This document shows, in pieces, positions 1-8,340 of a DNA stretch of 64,000 nucleotides. The stretch's first letter is position 1. Every line of letters begins with the position of its first letter. The translations under genes and the position numbers were made by a program. Origin of the DNA: Thermodesulfobacteriota bacterium (GTDB lineage Bacteria; Desulfobacterota; BSN033; UBA1163); assembly GCA_026415035.1 (NCBI GenBank), contig JAOAHX010000013.1:13717-77716 (forward strand). Reading direction: 5' to 3'. The notes under the pieces are model-generated. The model made no database searches, was not told the DNA's origin, and worked only from the letters and a program-made list of their open reading frames with translations.

Positions 1-404
1 GGGAGGGAGAGCTTTTAAAAGAGGTGATCGTCCCGGGACCGCCCGAGGGGAGTCGTTTCTCGTATCTCAAATTGGGGCGGAGAAAGAGCATGGACCTCGC
101 CCTGGTGAGCGTCGCCGTCCTCTTGACATTGGGAGGAGGCGATCAGAGGTTCGAAAAGGTAAGGATCGGTTTGGGTTCGGTCGGCCCGACCCCCATCCGG
201 GCAAGGGAAGCAGAAAAGGTAATTGAAGGAGGACCTGTAAAGGAAGAGGCGATCCGTGAGGCGGCGGAGGTGGCCTCGAGGCATTGCGAGCCGATCACCG
301 ATATTCGGGCCTCTGCCGAATATCGAAGGGAGATGGTGAAGGTCCTGGTCGCAAGGGCGATTCAGGACTGCCTCGGGCTTCCCATCCCTCCCACGGGCAT
401 TTGA
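1..404 (+). CDS. Molybdenum hydroxylase FAD-binding medium subunit (CoxM/CutM-like), C-terminal fragment. The gene start lies upstream of the window.
   Basis: The frame is open from window position 1. The C-terminal 'DIRASAEYRREM' is the conserved CO dehydrogenase flavoprotein C-terminal domain. It sits directly upstream of the FeS and Mo subunits. Confidence 0.7.
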   Translation, partial: EGELLKEVIVPGPPEGSRFSYLKLGRRKSMDLALVSVAVLLTLGGGDQRFEKVRIGLGSVGPTPIRAREAEKVIEGGPVKEEAIREAAEVASRHCEPITDIRASAEYRREMVKVLVARAIQDCLGLPIPPTGI

Positions 405-428
405 GGGAGACCCTCGGGAGCGACATCG

Positions 429-917
429 GTGAAATATCCCCTGAGGTTGACGGTCAACGGAGAGCTCTTCGAGCTTGAGGTCGAAGCCCATCGGACCCTC
501 CTCGAGGTGTTGCGAAAGGACCTAAGATTAAAGGGGGCCAAGGAGGGTTGCGGGGCTGGAGAGTGCGGGGCCTGCACCGTCTTGCTGGATGACGAGCCCG
601 TCAACTCCTGTCTGGTCCTTGCCCTGCAGGCAGACGGAAGGCGGGTGACCACCATCGAAGGCCTGGCACAGGGGACAACCCTTCACCCCCTCCAGGAGGC
701 CTTCATCCGGCATGGGGCGATTCAATGCGGATTCTGCACGCCGGGGATGATCCTCTCGGCCAAAGCCTTTCTCGATCGAAACCCGGAGCCCACGGAGAGG
801 GAGATCCGTGAAGCCTTGGTGGGAAACTTCTGCCGCTGCACGGGATATCAAAAGGTCGTTGAAGCGATCCTCTCTTTGACACGAAGGGAAATGGGAAGAA
901 AGGGCCCAGGAGGATGA
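429..917 (+). CDS. Molybdenum hydroxylase [2Fe-2S] small subunit (CoxS/XdhC-type ferredoxin subunit)
   Basis: GTG start. Plant-type 2Fe-2S motif CGAGECGAC and second-cluster motifs CGFCTPG and CRCTGY. Length of 162 aa is typical. Confidence 0.9.
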   Translation: MKYPLRLTVNGELFELEVEAHRTLLEVLRKDLRLKGAKEGCGAGECGACTVLLDDEPVNSCLVLALQADGRRVTTIEGLAQGTTLHPLQEAFIRHGAIQCGFCTPGMILSAKAFLDRNPEPTEREIREALVGNFCRCTGYQKVVEAILSLTRREMGRKGPGG

Positions 918-924
918 TCGCACC

Positions 925-3204
925 ATGTCGACCTATTCGATCGTAGGCCGTTCCGTCCCCCAGATCGATGGGCGGGAAAAGGCCCAAGGGAAACTTGAAT
1001 TCATCACCGACCTCGAGCTACCGGGAATGCTCTACGGCAAGGTCCTGAGAAGCCCCCTCCCCCATGCGCGCATCGTATCGATCGATCCCTCCAGGGCAAA
1101 ACGGTTGAGGGGAGTCAGGGCCGTGGTCACGGCCGAAGACACCCCTAAAATCCCCTTCGGTCCGAGGACGGAGGACTGGCAGATCTTCGCCGTAGATAAG
1201 GTCCGGTTCATCGGCGACGAGGTGGCCGCCGTGGCCGCGGTGGACGAGGAGACGGCAGAGGAGGCCCTCGATCTGATCCGCGTGGAGTACGAGGAGCTTC
1301 CCGCGGTCTTCGATCCCATCGAGGCGATGAAGCCCGGCGCCCCTTTGATCCATGACCGGCCCAACAATATCGTCTCTGAATTCAGATTGGAGCGGGGCGA
1401 CGTGGAGAGGGCCTTTCGGGAGTGCGACGTCGTCCACGCCGGCCGCTACTACACGAACCAGGTCTATCAGGCCTATCTCGAACCGATGGCCTGTATCGCC
1501 CATGTCGACCCTTCGGGAAGATTGACCCTCTACCTGGCTACCCAGATCCCCTCGATGACAAGGCTCACCTATGCCAAGGCCCTGGGCCTTCCCCTCGAAA
1601 AGGTCCGGGTCGTCGTCCCTCCCTATGGCGGCGCCTTCGGCGCCAAGATGGAGACCAATCTTCATCTGGCCGCAGCCGTCCTCAGTCAGAAGACGGGAAG
1701 ACCGGTCCGGATGGTCAACAGCCGAGAAGAGGACTTCATGGCCGGCAACCCGAGGGTCCCGATGTATATCGACCTCAAGGTGGGTGCCAAGAAGGACGGA
1801 AGGTTGATCGCCAAAGAGGTGAGGGTCATCGGCGGCTCCGGTGCGAGGGCGATCTATTCGATGGCCATTGTGGCCACGGCCTGTTACCGGGTCGACTCCC
1901 TTTACCGATTCGAACATCTAAAGACCGAGGGCCTGACGGTTTACACCAACACCGTCCCCACCAGCTGTTTCCGGGGCTTCGGAAATGCCCAGATGACCTT
2001 TGCCCTCGAGAGCACGCTCGATATGATCGCGGAGGCGATCGGGATGGACCCGGCCGAATTGCGGATCAGAAACGGGCTCAAGACCGGAGAGGTCTCGATC
2101 CATGGCTGGCAGATCGGCTCTTCGGGGCTGGAGGAGTGCGTGCGAAGGGCCGTGGAGGTCTCGGGCTGGGAGGAGAAACGCCGGCAGAAGCGTTTTGCCC
2201 GAGGCATCGGTCTGGCCTGCTGCAACCACGTCTCGGGCAACCGGGCCTTCTCCAGGGAGTTCGACGGGGGCGCCGGGATCGTGCGGATCGGAAGGGAGGG
2301 AAAGGTCCTCGTCTATCACGGCGAGTCCGACATGGGCCAGGGGCAGAGGACCGTCTTTTCCCAGATCGTGGCCGAGGCGCTCGGGGTTGGCCTTGATCGG
2401 ATCGAGGTGGCCCAGGTCGATACCGAGATCAGCCCTTTCGGCCTCGGTAGCTTTGCCACGCGCGGGACGGTCTTCGGCGGAAACGGCCTTAAAGCCGCAG
2501 CCGAGGCTGCGAAGCAGCAGCTCCTCGAAGGGGTGGCCGAGATCTTCGAGACCTCCCCATCCGCCCTGGAGATCCGAGAGGGGAAGGTCTTTGTCAGGGA
2601 TGAACCGGAGCGTTGCCTCCCATTTGAGAAGGTCGCCGAAGCCTGTATGCTCAGGCGGGGCGGCGCTCCTGTCGTGGGCACAGGGTTCTGGGTTCCGGAT
2701 ACGGAGCTTCCAGATCCCGTGACCAAGTACGGAAATATCTCTCCGGCTTATCCGTTCGCCTGCCAGATCGCCGAGGTGGAGGTGGATACCGAGACCGGCC
2801 AGGTCAACGTGATCCGTTACACCGCAGCCCATGACGTGGGGCGGGCCATCAATCCCCAGGCCATCGAAGGCCAGATTCACGGCGGGGTGGCCCAGGGGAT
2901 CGGCTGGGCCTTGACGGAGGACATGATCCTCCGGGACGGAAAGGTGCTCAACCCCGACTTCAGGGATTACGTGATGCCGGGGCCGCTCGATCTTCCGCCG
3001 ATTCAGACGATTTTGGTGGAACCGGTCGATCCCAACGGGCCTTACGGAGCCAAAGGCATCGGGGAGCCCGCGCTCAATCCCTCCCCTGCCGCGGTGGCCA
3101 ATGCCATTTACGATGCCATCGGCATCCGCTTCACGGAGCTCCCCATCACCCCGGAGAAAATCCTGAAGGCACTGAAAGCCAAGAAGAGAGGGTCTCATGG
3201 CTGA
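925..3204 (+). CDS. Molybdopterin-binding large subunit of a xanthine dehydrogenase/aldehyde oxidoreductase/CO dehydrogenase family enzyme
   Basis: 759 aa. GGAFGAK (GGGFG-like) motif and the conserved 'QGxGxxT' region of the family. The start lies 7 nt after the coxS-like stop. Confidence 0.9.
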   Translation: MSTYSIVGRSVPQIDGREKAQGKLEFITDLELPGMLYGKVLRSPLPHARIVSIDPSRAKRLRGVRAVVTAEDTPKIPFGPRTEDWQIFAVDKVRFIGDEVAAVAAVDEETAEEALDLIRVEYEELPAVFDPIEAMKPGAPLIHDRPNNIVSEFRLERGDVERAFRECDVVHAGRYYTNQVYQAYLEPMACIAHVDPSGRLTLYLATQIPSMTRLTYAKALGLPLEKVRVVVPPYGGAFGAKMETNLHLAAAVLSQKTGRPVRMVNSREEDFMAGNPRVPMYIDLKVGAKKDGRLIAKEVRVIGGSGARAIYSMAIVATACYRVDSLYRFEHLKTEGLTVYTNTVPTSCFRGFGNAQMTFALESTLDMIAEAIGMDPAELRIRNGLKTGEVSIHGWQIGSSGLEECVRRAVEVSGWEEKRRQKRFARGIGLACCNHVSGNRAFSREFDGGAGIVRIGREGKVLVYHGESDMGQGQRTVFSQIVAEALGVGLDRIEVAQVDTEISPFGLGSFATRGTVFGGNGLKAAAEAAKQQLLEGVAEIFETSPSALEIREGKVFVRDEPERCLPFEKVAEACMLRRGGAPVVGTGFWVPDTELPDPVTKYGNISPAYPFACQIAEVEVDTETGQVNVIRYTAAHDVGRAINPQAIEGQIHGGVAQGIGWALTEDMILRDGKVLNPDFRDYVMPGPLDLPPIQTILVEPVDPNGPYGAKGIGEPALNPSPAAVANAIYDAIGIRFTELPITPEKILKALKAKKRGSHG

Positions 3205-4408
3205 CTTGAAAGTTCAGTTTTGCGGGATCGAGTTTAAAAACCCCATCCTGGCGGCCTCGGCCGAGCCCACGCTCTCGGCGGCCAACATGAAGCAGGTCAT
3301 CCAAACCGGCGCGGGCGGACTCGTGGCCAAGACCGTGACGGACTCCGAGGCCCTGAGGCGCCTGACCAAGAGGTCCAAGTTTCGCTACCTCGACGAAGAG
3401 CACCGGGTCTGTCGGGGGAAGGTGCCCCGCCTCTTCACCTTTTTCGGTCGAACCGGCCTCGCCGAAGAGACGCCCGAAGAGTGGATGAAGGAGCTGAAGG
3501 AGGCCCAGGCCTCTGCCCTGAAATCGGATTGCGTGATCATCGGCAGCGTGGCCGGGACGACGGTCGAAAGCTGGGTGACCCTTGCGAAGATGATCGAAGA
3601 CACGGGGATCCGCCTGGTCGAGCTTAACTTCGGGTGTCCCCACCCCTCGGAGATGAAGGGGACGCCCACGGGCATGCTGGTCGGGCAGGATAAAGCCTCG
3701 GCCTCCGAGATCACCCATCGGGTGACCGAGGCCGTGAAGATTCCCGTGATCATCAAACTGACGCCCCAGGTGGCCGATGTGGTGGAGATGGCCCGGGCGG
3801 TCCGATCGGCAGGGGCCTCGGCCGTGACGATCATCAACCGCTTCGTCGGATTCTGCGTCGATATCGAGACAGGAAAACCCCTCCTCCATGGGTGGGCAGG
3901 CGTGGGAGGTCCCTGGGTCAAACCCTTGACCCTCCGATGGGTCTCCAAGATTTACACGAGCCTCGGCCTTCCCATCACCGGGACCAACGGCGTCTACGAC
4001 TGGAAGGACGCCGTGGAGTTTATGATGTCCGGGGCGAGCCTGGTCCAGTTCTGCTCGGTCGTGATGCTCAAGGGATATGCCTATCTCGGGCGAATCGTGA
4101 AGGACCTGGAAGGCTTCCTGGACCGCAAAGGATACGGGTCGGTTCGAGAGATCATCGGCCTGGCGGCCCGGGCGGCCATGACCTACGAGGAGATGGAATC
4201 GCTTCCCAAGGAATATGCCTCGATCGATCCCACCCTGTGCACCGCCTGCAGGCGCTGTTTTCGTTCCTGTTTCTACAACGCGATCGAGGTAAAGGGGAAG
4301 GCCGTGAGGATCACCGAGGCCTGCCGGGGCTGTGGCCTCTGCACCTGCGTCTGTCCCGTGCCGGGCGCCATCCACCTTCAGAGCGAACCGCTCCGTTTTT
4401 CTTCTTGA
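3197..4408 (+). CDS. Dihydroorotate dehydrogenase-fold flavoprotein with a C-terminal 2x[4Fe-4S] domain (dihydropyrimidine dehydrogenase PreA-like)
   Basis: DHOD/DPD TIM-barrel motifs (ELNFGCPH, KLTP). C-terminal CTACRRCFRSC and CRGCGLCTCVCP ferredoxin motifs. ATG overlaps the coxL-like stop (ATGGCTGA). Confidence 0.8.
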   Translation: MADLKVQFCGIEFKNPILAASAEPTLSAANMKQVIQTGAGGLVAKTVTDSEALRRLTKRSKFRYLDEEHRVCRGKVPRLFTFFGRTGLAEETPEEWMKELKEAQASALKSDCVIIGSVAGTTVESWVTLAKMIEDTGIRLVELNFGCPHPSEMKGTPTGMLVGQDKASASEITHRVTEAVKIPVIIKLTPQVADVVEMARAVRSAGASAVTIINRFVGFCVDIETGKPLLHGWAGVGGPWVKPLTLRWVSKIYTSLGLPITGTNGVYDWKDAVEFMMSGASLVQFCSVVMLKGYAYLGRIVKDLEGFLDRKGYGSVREIIGLAARAAMTYEEMESLPKEYASIDPTLCTACRRCFRSCFYNAIEVKGKAVRITEACRGCGLCTCVCPVPGAIHLQSEPLRFSS

Positions 4409-4443
4409 CAAACTCCCGCCGATGATGTAATGGTTTAACCATT
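4405..4443 (+). promoter_or_regulatory. Sigma70-like promoter (TTGACA-17-TAATGG) overlapped by a 7-1-7 inverted repeat AATGGTTtAACCATT, a GntR/FadR-type T.GT-N-AC.A operator, in front of the gntR-family gene
   Basis: TTGACA at 4405-4410, a 17-nt spacer, TAATGG at 4428-4433, and the palindrome at 4429-4443. Confidence 0.5.
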
Positions 4444-4447
4444 CGAA

Positions 4448-5182
4448 ATGGATCGGATCTTCAGGAAGGCCAAACAGAGCCGGGCCTTCGAGGACGTCGT
4501 CTCCCAGATCCAGGAGGCGATCCTCGAAGGGAGATTGAAAACCGGGGAGCGGCTTCCGGGCGAACGGCAGTTGCGGGAGGCCTTTCAGGTCAGCCGGGGC
4601 ACCCTGAGGGAGGCCCTCCGGACCCTGGAGCAGAAGAAGCTCATCCAGATCCGGACCGGAGCCCGAGGGGGCGCGATCGTCTGTCCGGTCAACACCGAGC
4701 CCGTCAGCGAAAGCCTCGACCTCCTGCTCCGGTATCAGAAGGTCGGCCTGAAGGAGCTCGCGGAGTTCCGGGAGGAGGTGGAGGGAGCCGTGGCCGAGAG
4801 GGCAGCCCGGAGGGCGAAGAAGGAGGACATCGAGGAGCTGAAGGCCTATCTCGGATCGATGCAACCCCTCCTCGAGGACGGCCGAAATACCTGGAGGGAG
4901 ATGATCGAGATCGACAACCAATTTCATCGATGCCTGGCCCGGATGGCGGGCAACCGGGTCTTCGAATCGATCCTGACGATCGTCTATGACAACATCTTTC
5001 GGTATTTCGATCGGTTCCTTCCCAGAGACAAGAAGGTGGTCGAGAGGATCTACAAGGACCTGAGCGGGATCGTCGAGGCCATCCAAATGAAGGACCCCCA
5101 GAAGACCAAGGCCCTGATCCAGGACCACGTGAGGCGGTTCGACCGGATGATGGAGGCAAATCGGAAGAAGGTCTTCGGGTGA
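4448..5182 (+). CDS. GntR-family transcriptional regulator, FadR/FCD subfamily
   Basis: N-terminal winged HTH (ERLPGERQLREAFQVSRGTLREALRTLE) and a C-terminal FCD-like helical domain. 244 aa. Confidence 0.85.
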   Translation: MDRIFRKAKQSRAFEDVVSQIQEAILEGRLKTGERLPGERQLREAFQVSRGTLREALRTLEQKKLIQIRTGARGGAIVCPVNTEPVSESLDLLLRYQKVGLKELAEFREEVEGAVAERAARRAKKEDIEELKAYLGSMQPLLEDGRNTWREMIEIDNQFHRCLARMAGNRVFESILTIVYDNIFRYFDRFLPRDKKVVERIYKDLSGIVEAIQMKDPQKTKALIQDHVRRFDRMMEANRKKVFG

Positions 5183-5273
5183 GAAGGAGGTGATGGCAGA
5201 GAAGGACGTAAGAATGCCAAAGGTTGGAACGAGCCTCTAAAAGCAGAGGGAATCCATTTTCAAGGAGGGAGAG

Positions 5274-6386
5274 ATGAAAAAGGTAAGCCTGTGGACGTTG
5301 ACAATACTTCTTTGCATAGGAATAGGTGTCTCATGGGTCACGCCCAAATCGACCGAGGCCCAGACCATCTCCTGGAAGATGCAGACGACCTGGCCCGCGG
5401 GCATGGCCCTTCACACGAGCGCGGTCGGTCTGGCCAAGAGGATCGAGGAGATGACAGGCGGCAGGCTCAAGATCGAGGTCTTGCCTGCAGGGGCCATCGT
5501 CCCTGCCTTTGAGGTCTTAGGAGCGGTCCACAAGGGGACCCTCGATGCGGCCCACGGATGGTCCGCCTACTGGATCGGAAGACACCCGGCGGCCAACCTC
5601 TTCTCCAGCGTGGCAGGCGGTCCCTTCGGCATGGACAACGTGGACTATGCGGGCTGGCTCTACCACGGAGGAGGACTGGAGCTTTACAGAGAACTTTACC
5701 TCGATGTGATGAAGATGAACGTCATGGTCTTTCCGACCGACATCATCGCCTCCGAACCCTTAGGTTGGTTTAAGAAGCCGATCAAGTCCTGGGCCGATTT
5801 AAAGGGGATCAAGATGCGAGAGGCGGGCTTGACGGCGGAGATCTATAAAGAGGCGGGCATCACGGTCGTGGCCATGCCCGGAGGCGAGATCCTGCCTGCG
5901 ATGGAGCGGGGGGTGATCGACGGAGCGGCCTTCATGTGCCCCACCACGGACAAGGAACTGGGACTCATGGATGTGGCCAAATTCTACCATGCCCCGGGCA
6001 TCCACCGGCACACCGGCACCTTGGAGCTCCTCATCAACAAAGAGAAATGGGATAGACTGCCAGCGGACATCAAGGCCATCGTCGATGTGGCCAGCCGCGA
6101 AAACCTCTTCCGCGCCTGGATCGACCTGGTCGATAAGAACGTAAAGGACCTCGAAGTCCTCAAGACCAAACATGGTGTGAAACTGGTCGAGACCCCCAAA
6201 GAGGTCATCCTCGAAATCCTGAAGGCGTGGGATAAGGTGGCGGCCCGATATGTGGCCAAGGACCCCTTCTTCGCCAAGGTCTATGCCTCCCAGAAGGAGT
6301 ATGCGAGGAAGATCGTGGAGTATCGCCGGGAATTCTACGTGCCCTACGAGTTGGTCGCCGACTACTACTGGCCGAAGAAGAAGTAG
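5274..6386 (+). CDS. TRAP transporter substrate-binding protein (DctP-like; COG4663-type)
   Basis: Signal peptide. The conserved 'SWKMQTTWPAG...RLKIEVLPAGAIVPAFEVLGAVHKGTLDAAHG' block is typical of TRAP solute receptors. Strong RBS. Confidence 0.8.
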   Translation: MKKVSLWTLTILLCIGIGVSWVTPKSTEAQTISWKMQTTWPAGMALHTSAVGLAKRIEEMTGGRLKIEVLPAGAIVPAFEVLGAVHKGTLDAAHGWSAYWIGRHPAANLFSSVAGGPFGMDNVDYAGWLYHGGGLELYRELYLDVMKMNVMVFPTDIIASEPLGWFKKPIKSWADLKGIKMREAGLTAEIYKEAGITVVAMPGGEILPAMERGVIDGAAFMCPTTDKELGLMDVAKFYHAPGIHRHTGTLELLINKEKWDRLPADIKAIVDVASRENLFRAWIDLVDKNVKDLEVLKTKHGVKLVETPKEVILEILKAWDKVAARYVAKDPFFAKVYASQKEYARKIVEYRREFYVPYELVADYYWPKKK

Positions 6387-6392
6387 AGGCCC

Positions 6393-6437
6393 CTCCCCCA
6401 TCCCCGTCGAGACAAGGGATGGGGGAGCCCCTTTTTT
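6393..6437 (+). terminator. Rho-independent terminator between the TRAP binding-protein gene and the permease genes
   Basis: 12-bp GC stem CTCCCCCATCCC/GGGATGGGGGAG with an 11-nt loop, followed by T6. Confidence 0.6.
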
Positions 6438-6463
6438 CGGTCATAGAGAAAGAGTGAACCGAG

Positions 6464-6991
6464 ATGAACCTATCGATCGAAAAACTGTTGAGCATCGCCC
6501 GCGGCATCGACCGGATCAGCCTCTGGTCGGGCACCAAGGCAGCCTGGCTCATCCTGCCCCTCATCTTCGGGCTGACCTATGAGGTGATCTCTCGCTATCT
6601 CTTCAAGGCCCCGACCATCTGGGCTTACGATTTGGCCTATATGCTCTACGGAAGCCATTTCATGTTGGGCGCGGCCTTCACCCTCTTCAAAAAGGGCCAT
6701 ATTCGGACCGATATCTTCTATGACAAGTGGTCTCCCAAAAAACAGGGGACGGTTGATGCCCTGCTCTACATCTTCTTCTTCTTCCCCGGCATCGCCCTCT
6801 TCTTCGTGGCCAGCTTGGAGGAGGCCATCCACTCCTGGAGCCTGTGGGAGAGGTCCGAGGTGGGCGCCTGGCGTCCGCCCATCTTCCCGTTTAAAACGGT
6901 GATCCCCCTGACCGCCCTCTTCCTTCTCGTCCAGGGGGTCTCCGAATTGATCAAAAGCCTCTATGCGGCCAAAAAGGGAGAATGGCCATGA
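6464..6991 (+). CDS. TRAP transporter small permease (DctQ-like)
   Basis: 175 aa with 4 predicted TM helices. It sits between the DctP-like and DctM-like genes. Confidence 0.7.
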   Translation: MNLSIEKLLSIARGIDRISLWSGTKAAWLILPLIFGLTYEVISRYLFKAPTIWAYDLAYMLYGSHFMLGAAFTLFKKGHIRTDIFYDKWSPKKQGTVDALLYIFFFFPGIALFFVASLEEAIHSWSLWERSEVGAWRPPIFPFKTVIPLTALFLLVQGVSELIKSLYAAKKGEWP

Positions 6992-8304
6992 AGCCGGAAT
7001 ATGTGGGACTCATCCTTTTAGGATCGCTCCTTACGGGAATCTTCGTTGGATTTCCCATCGCCTTCACGCTCATCATCCTCGCTGTGGTCTTCGGGTATAT
7101 CGGCTTCGGCATGGGCGTCTTCGACCTGATGGTCTTTCAGACCCTCGGTCTGATGAAGGAGGAGACCTTGGCCGCCGTTCCCCTTTTCATCTTCATGGGC
7201 CATCTCTTAGAACATGCGGGATTGATGGAGCGGCTCTTCAAATCCTTCCAATCGATCTTGGGCGGCCTCAAGGGCTCTCTCTACCTCGGCGTCCTTCTGA
7301 CGGCAACGATCTTTGCCACCGCCACGGGGATCATCGGCGCTTCGGTCACGGTGATCGGGTTGATGGCCGCCCCGCTCATGATCAAAAGCGGCTACGACAC
7401 GAGGCTCTCCGCAGGGGTGATCACCGCAGGAGGAGCCCTGGGCATCCTCATCCCACCGAGCGTCATGCTCGTCGTCATCGGACCGGTGGTGGGCGTCTCG
7501 GTCGTCAAACTCTTCGTTGCGGCCATCCTGCCCGGCCTTCTCCTGTCGGCCCTCTACTGCACCTACTCCCTGATCAAGTGTCACATCTGGCCCGAGCTGG
7601 GTCCCACGGTGCCTCCGGAGGAGAGGATCACCTCGACCCGCGAGATCTTAAAAGAGCTCTTTTCGGGGATCGTGCCGATGGCCTTCATCATCTTTGCTGC
7701 CCTCGGAAGCATCATCGCAGGCCTGGCCACACCGACCGAGGCCGCGGCCATGGCGGCCAGTGGCGCCCTCCTCCTGACCATCGCCTATCGAAAGCTGACC
7801 CGAGAGGTCTTGAAAGAGGCGGCCTACAAGACGATCCAGACCTCGAGCATGATCCTCTTTCTCGCGATGGCCTCAAACATCTTCGGCGCGGTCTTCACCC
7901 GCCTGGGGACGAGTTCGATGATCGCCAAGGCGATGCTCTCCATCCCCATCCCTCCGATGGGCATGCTGGCCCTGCTCATGGTCGTCATCTTCCTCTTGGG
8001 ATGGCCCCTCGAGTGGCCGGCCATCGTCTTCATCTTCCTTCCCATCTTCCTTCCTGTGGTTCAGGAATTGAAATTAGACAAGGTCTGGTTCAGCACCCTG
8101 GTGGCGGTCAACCTTCAGACGGCCTACCTCTCTCCGCCCGTGGCCATGGCCGCTTACTATCTGAAGGCCGTGGCCCCGAAGTGGGAGCTGCTCGACATCT
8201 ATAAAGGGATGGCCGAGTTCATGGTCCTCCAGGTGATCGGCCTCATCCTCGTCTTCATCTTTCCCCAGATCGCCCTCTGGTTGCCGAACCTTTTGCTAAA
8301 ATAG
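6982..8304 (+). CDS. TRAP transporter large permease (DctM family)
   Basis: 440 aa polytopic membrane protein with DctM-like repeats. An alternative start at 6988 has better RBS spacing. The overlapping 6963..8204 frame is an artefact. Confidence 0.85.
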   Translation: MAMKPEYVGLILLGSLLTGIFVGFPIAFTLIILAVVFGYIGFGMGVFDLMVFQTLGLMKEETLAAVPLFIFMGHLLEHAGLMERLFKSFQSILGGLKGSLYLGVLLTATIFATATGIIGASVTVIGLMAAPLMIKSGYDTRLSAGVITAGGALGILIPPSVMLVVIGPVVGVSVVKLFVAAILPGLLLSALYCTYSLIKCHIWPELGPTVPPEERITSTREILKELFSGIVPMAFIIFAALGSIIAGLATPTEAAAMAASGALLLTIAYRKLTREVLKEAAYKTIQTSSMILFLAMASNIFGAVFTRLGTSSMIAKAMLSIPIPPMGMLALLMVVIFLLGWPLEWPAIVFIFLPIFLPVVQELKLDKVWFSTLVAVNLQTAYLSPPVAMAAYYLKAVAPKWELLDIYKGMAEFMVLQVIGLILVFIFPQIALWLPNLLLK

Positions 8305-8340
8305 TTTAGGGGCGTTCAAACCGGTTGAGGCTTTGGCCCG

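Noticed and set aside
1918-3198. 426-aa antisense ORF inside the Mo-subunit gene
   Set aside because: Antisense to a well-supported gene with Arg/Gly/Pro-biased composition. A typical GC-rich artefact.
3146-5128. 660-aa antisense ORF spanning the PreA-like and GntR genes
   Set aside because: It crosses an intergenic promoter region and two bona fide genes on the opposite strand. Low-complexity Gly/Asp/Leu/Pro content.
6963-8204. 413-aa ORF in an alternative frame over the DctM gene
   Set aside because: Its composition (His/Arg/Gly/Pro-rich with no hydrophobic helices) is that of an off-frame translation of GC-rich coding DNA. The overlapping DctM frame has a clear family identity.
8318-8325. 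AACCGGTT palindrome upstream of the FAD-oxidoreductase gene
   Set aside because: An 8-bp palindrome of this composition is expected by chance in 64 kb. Its orientation (AC..GT) does not match the GntR-type site.
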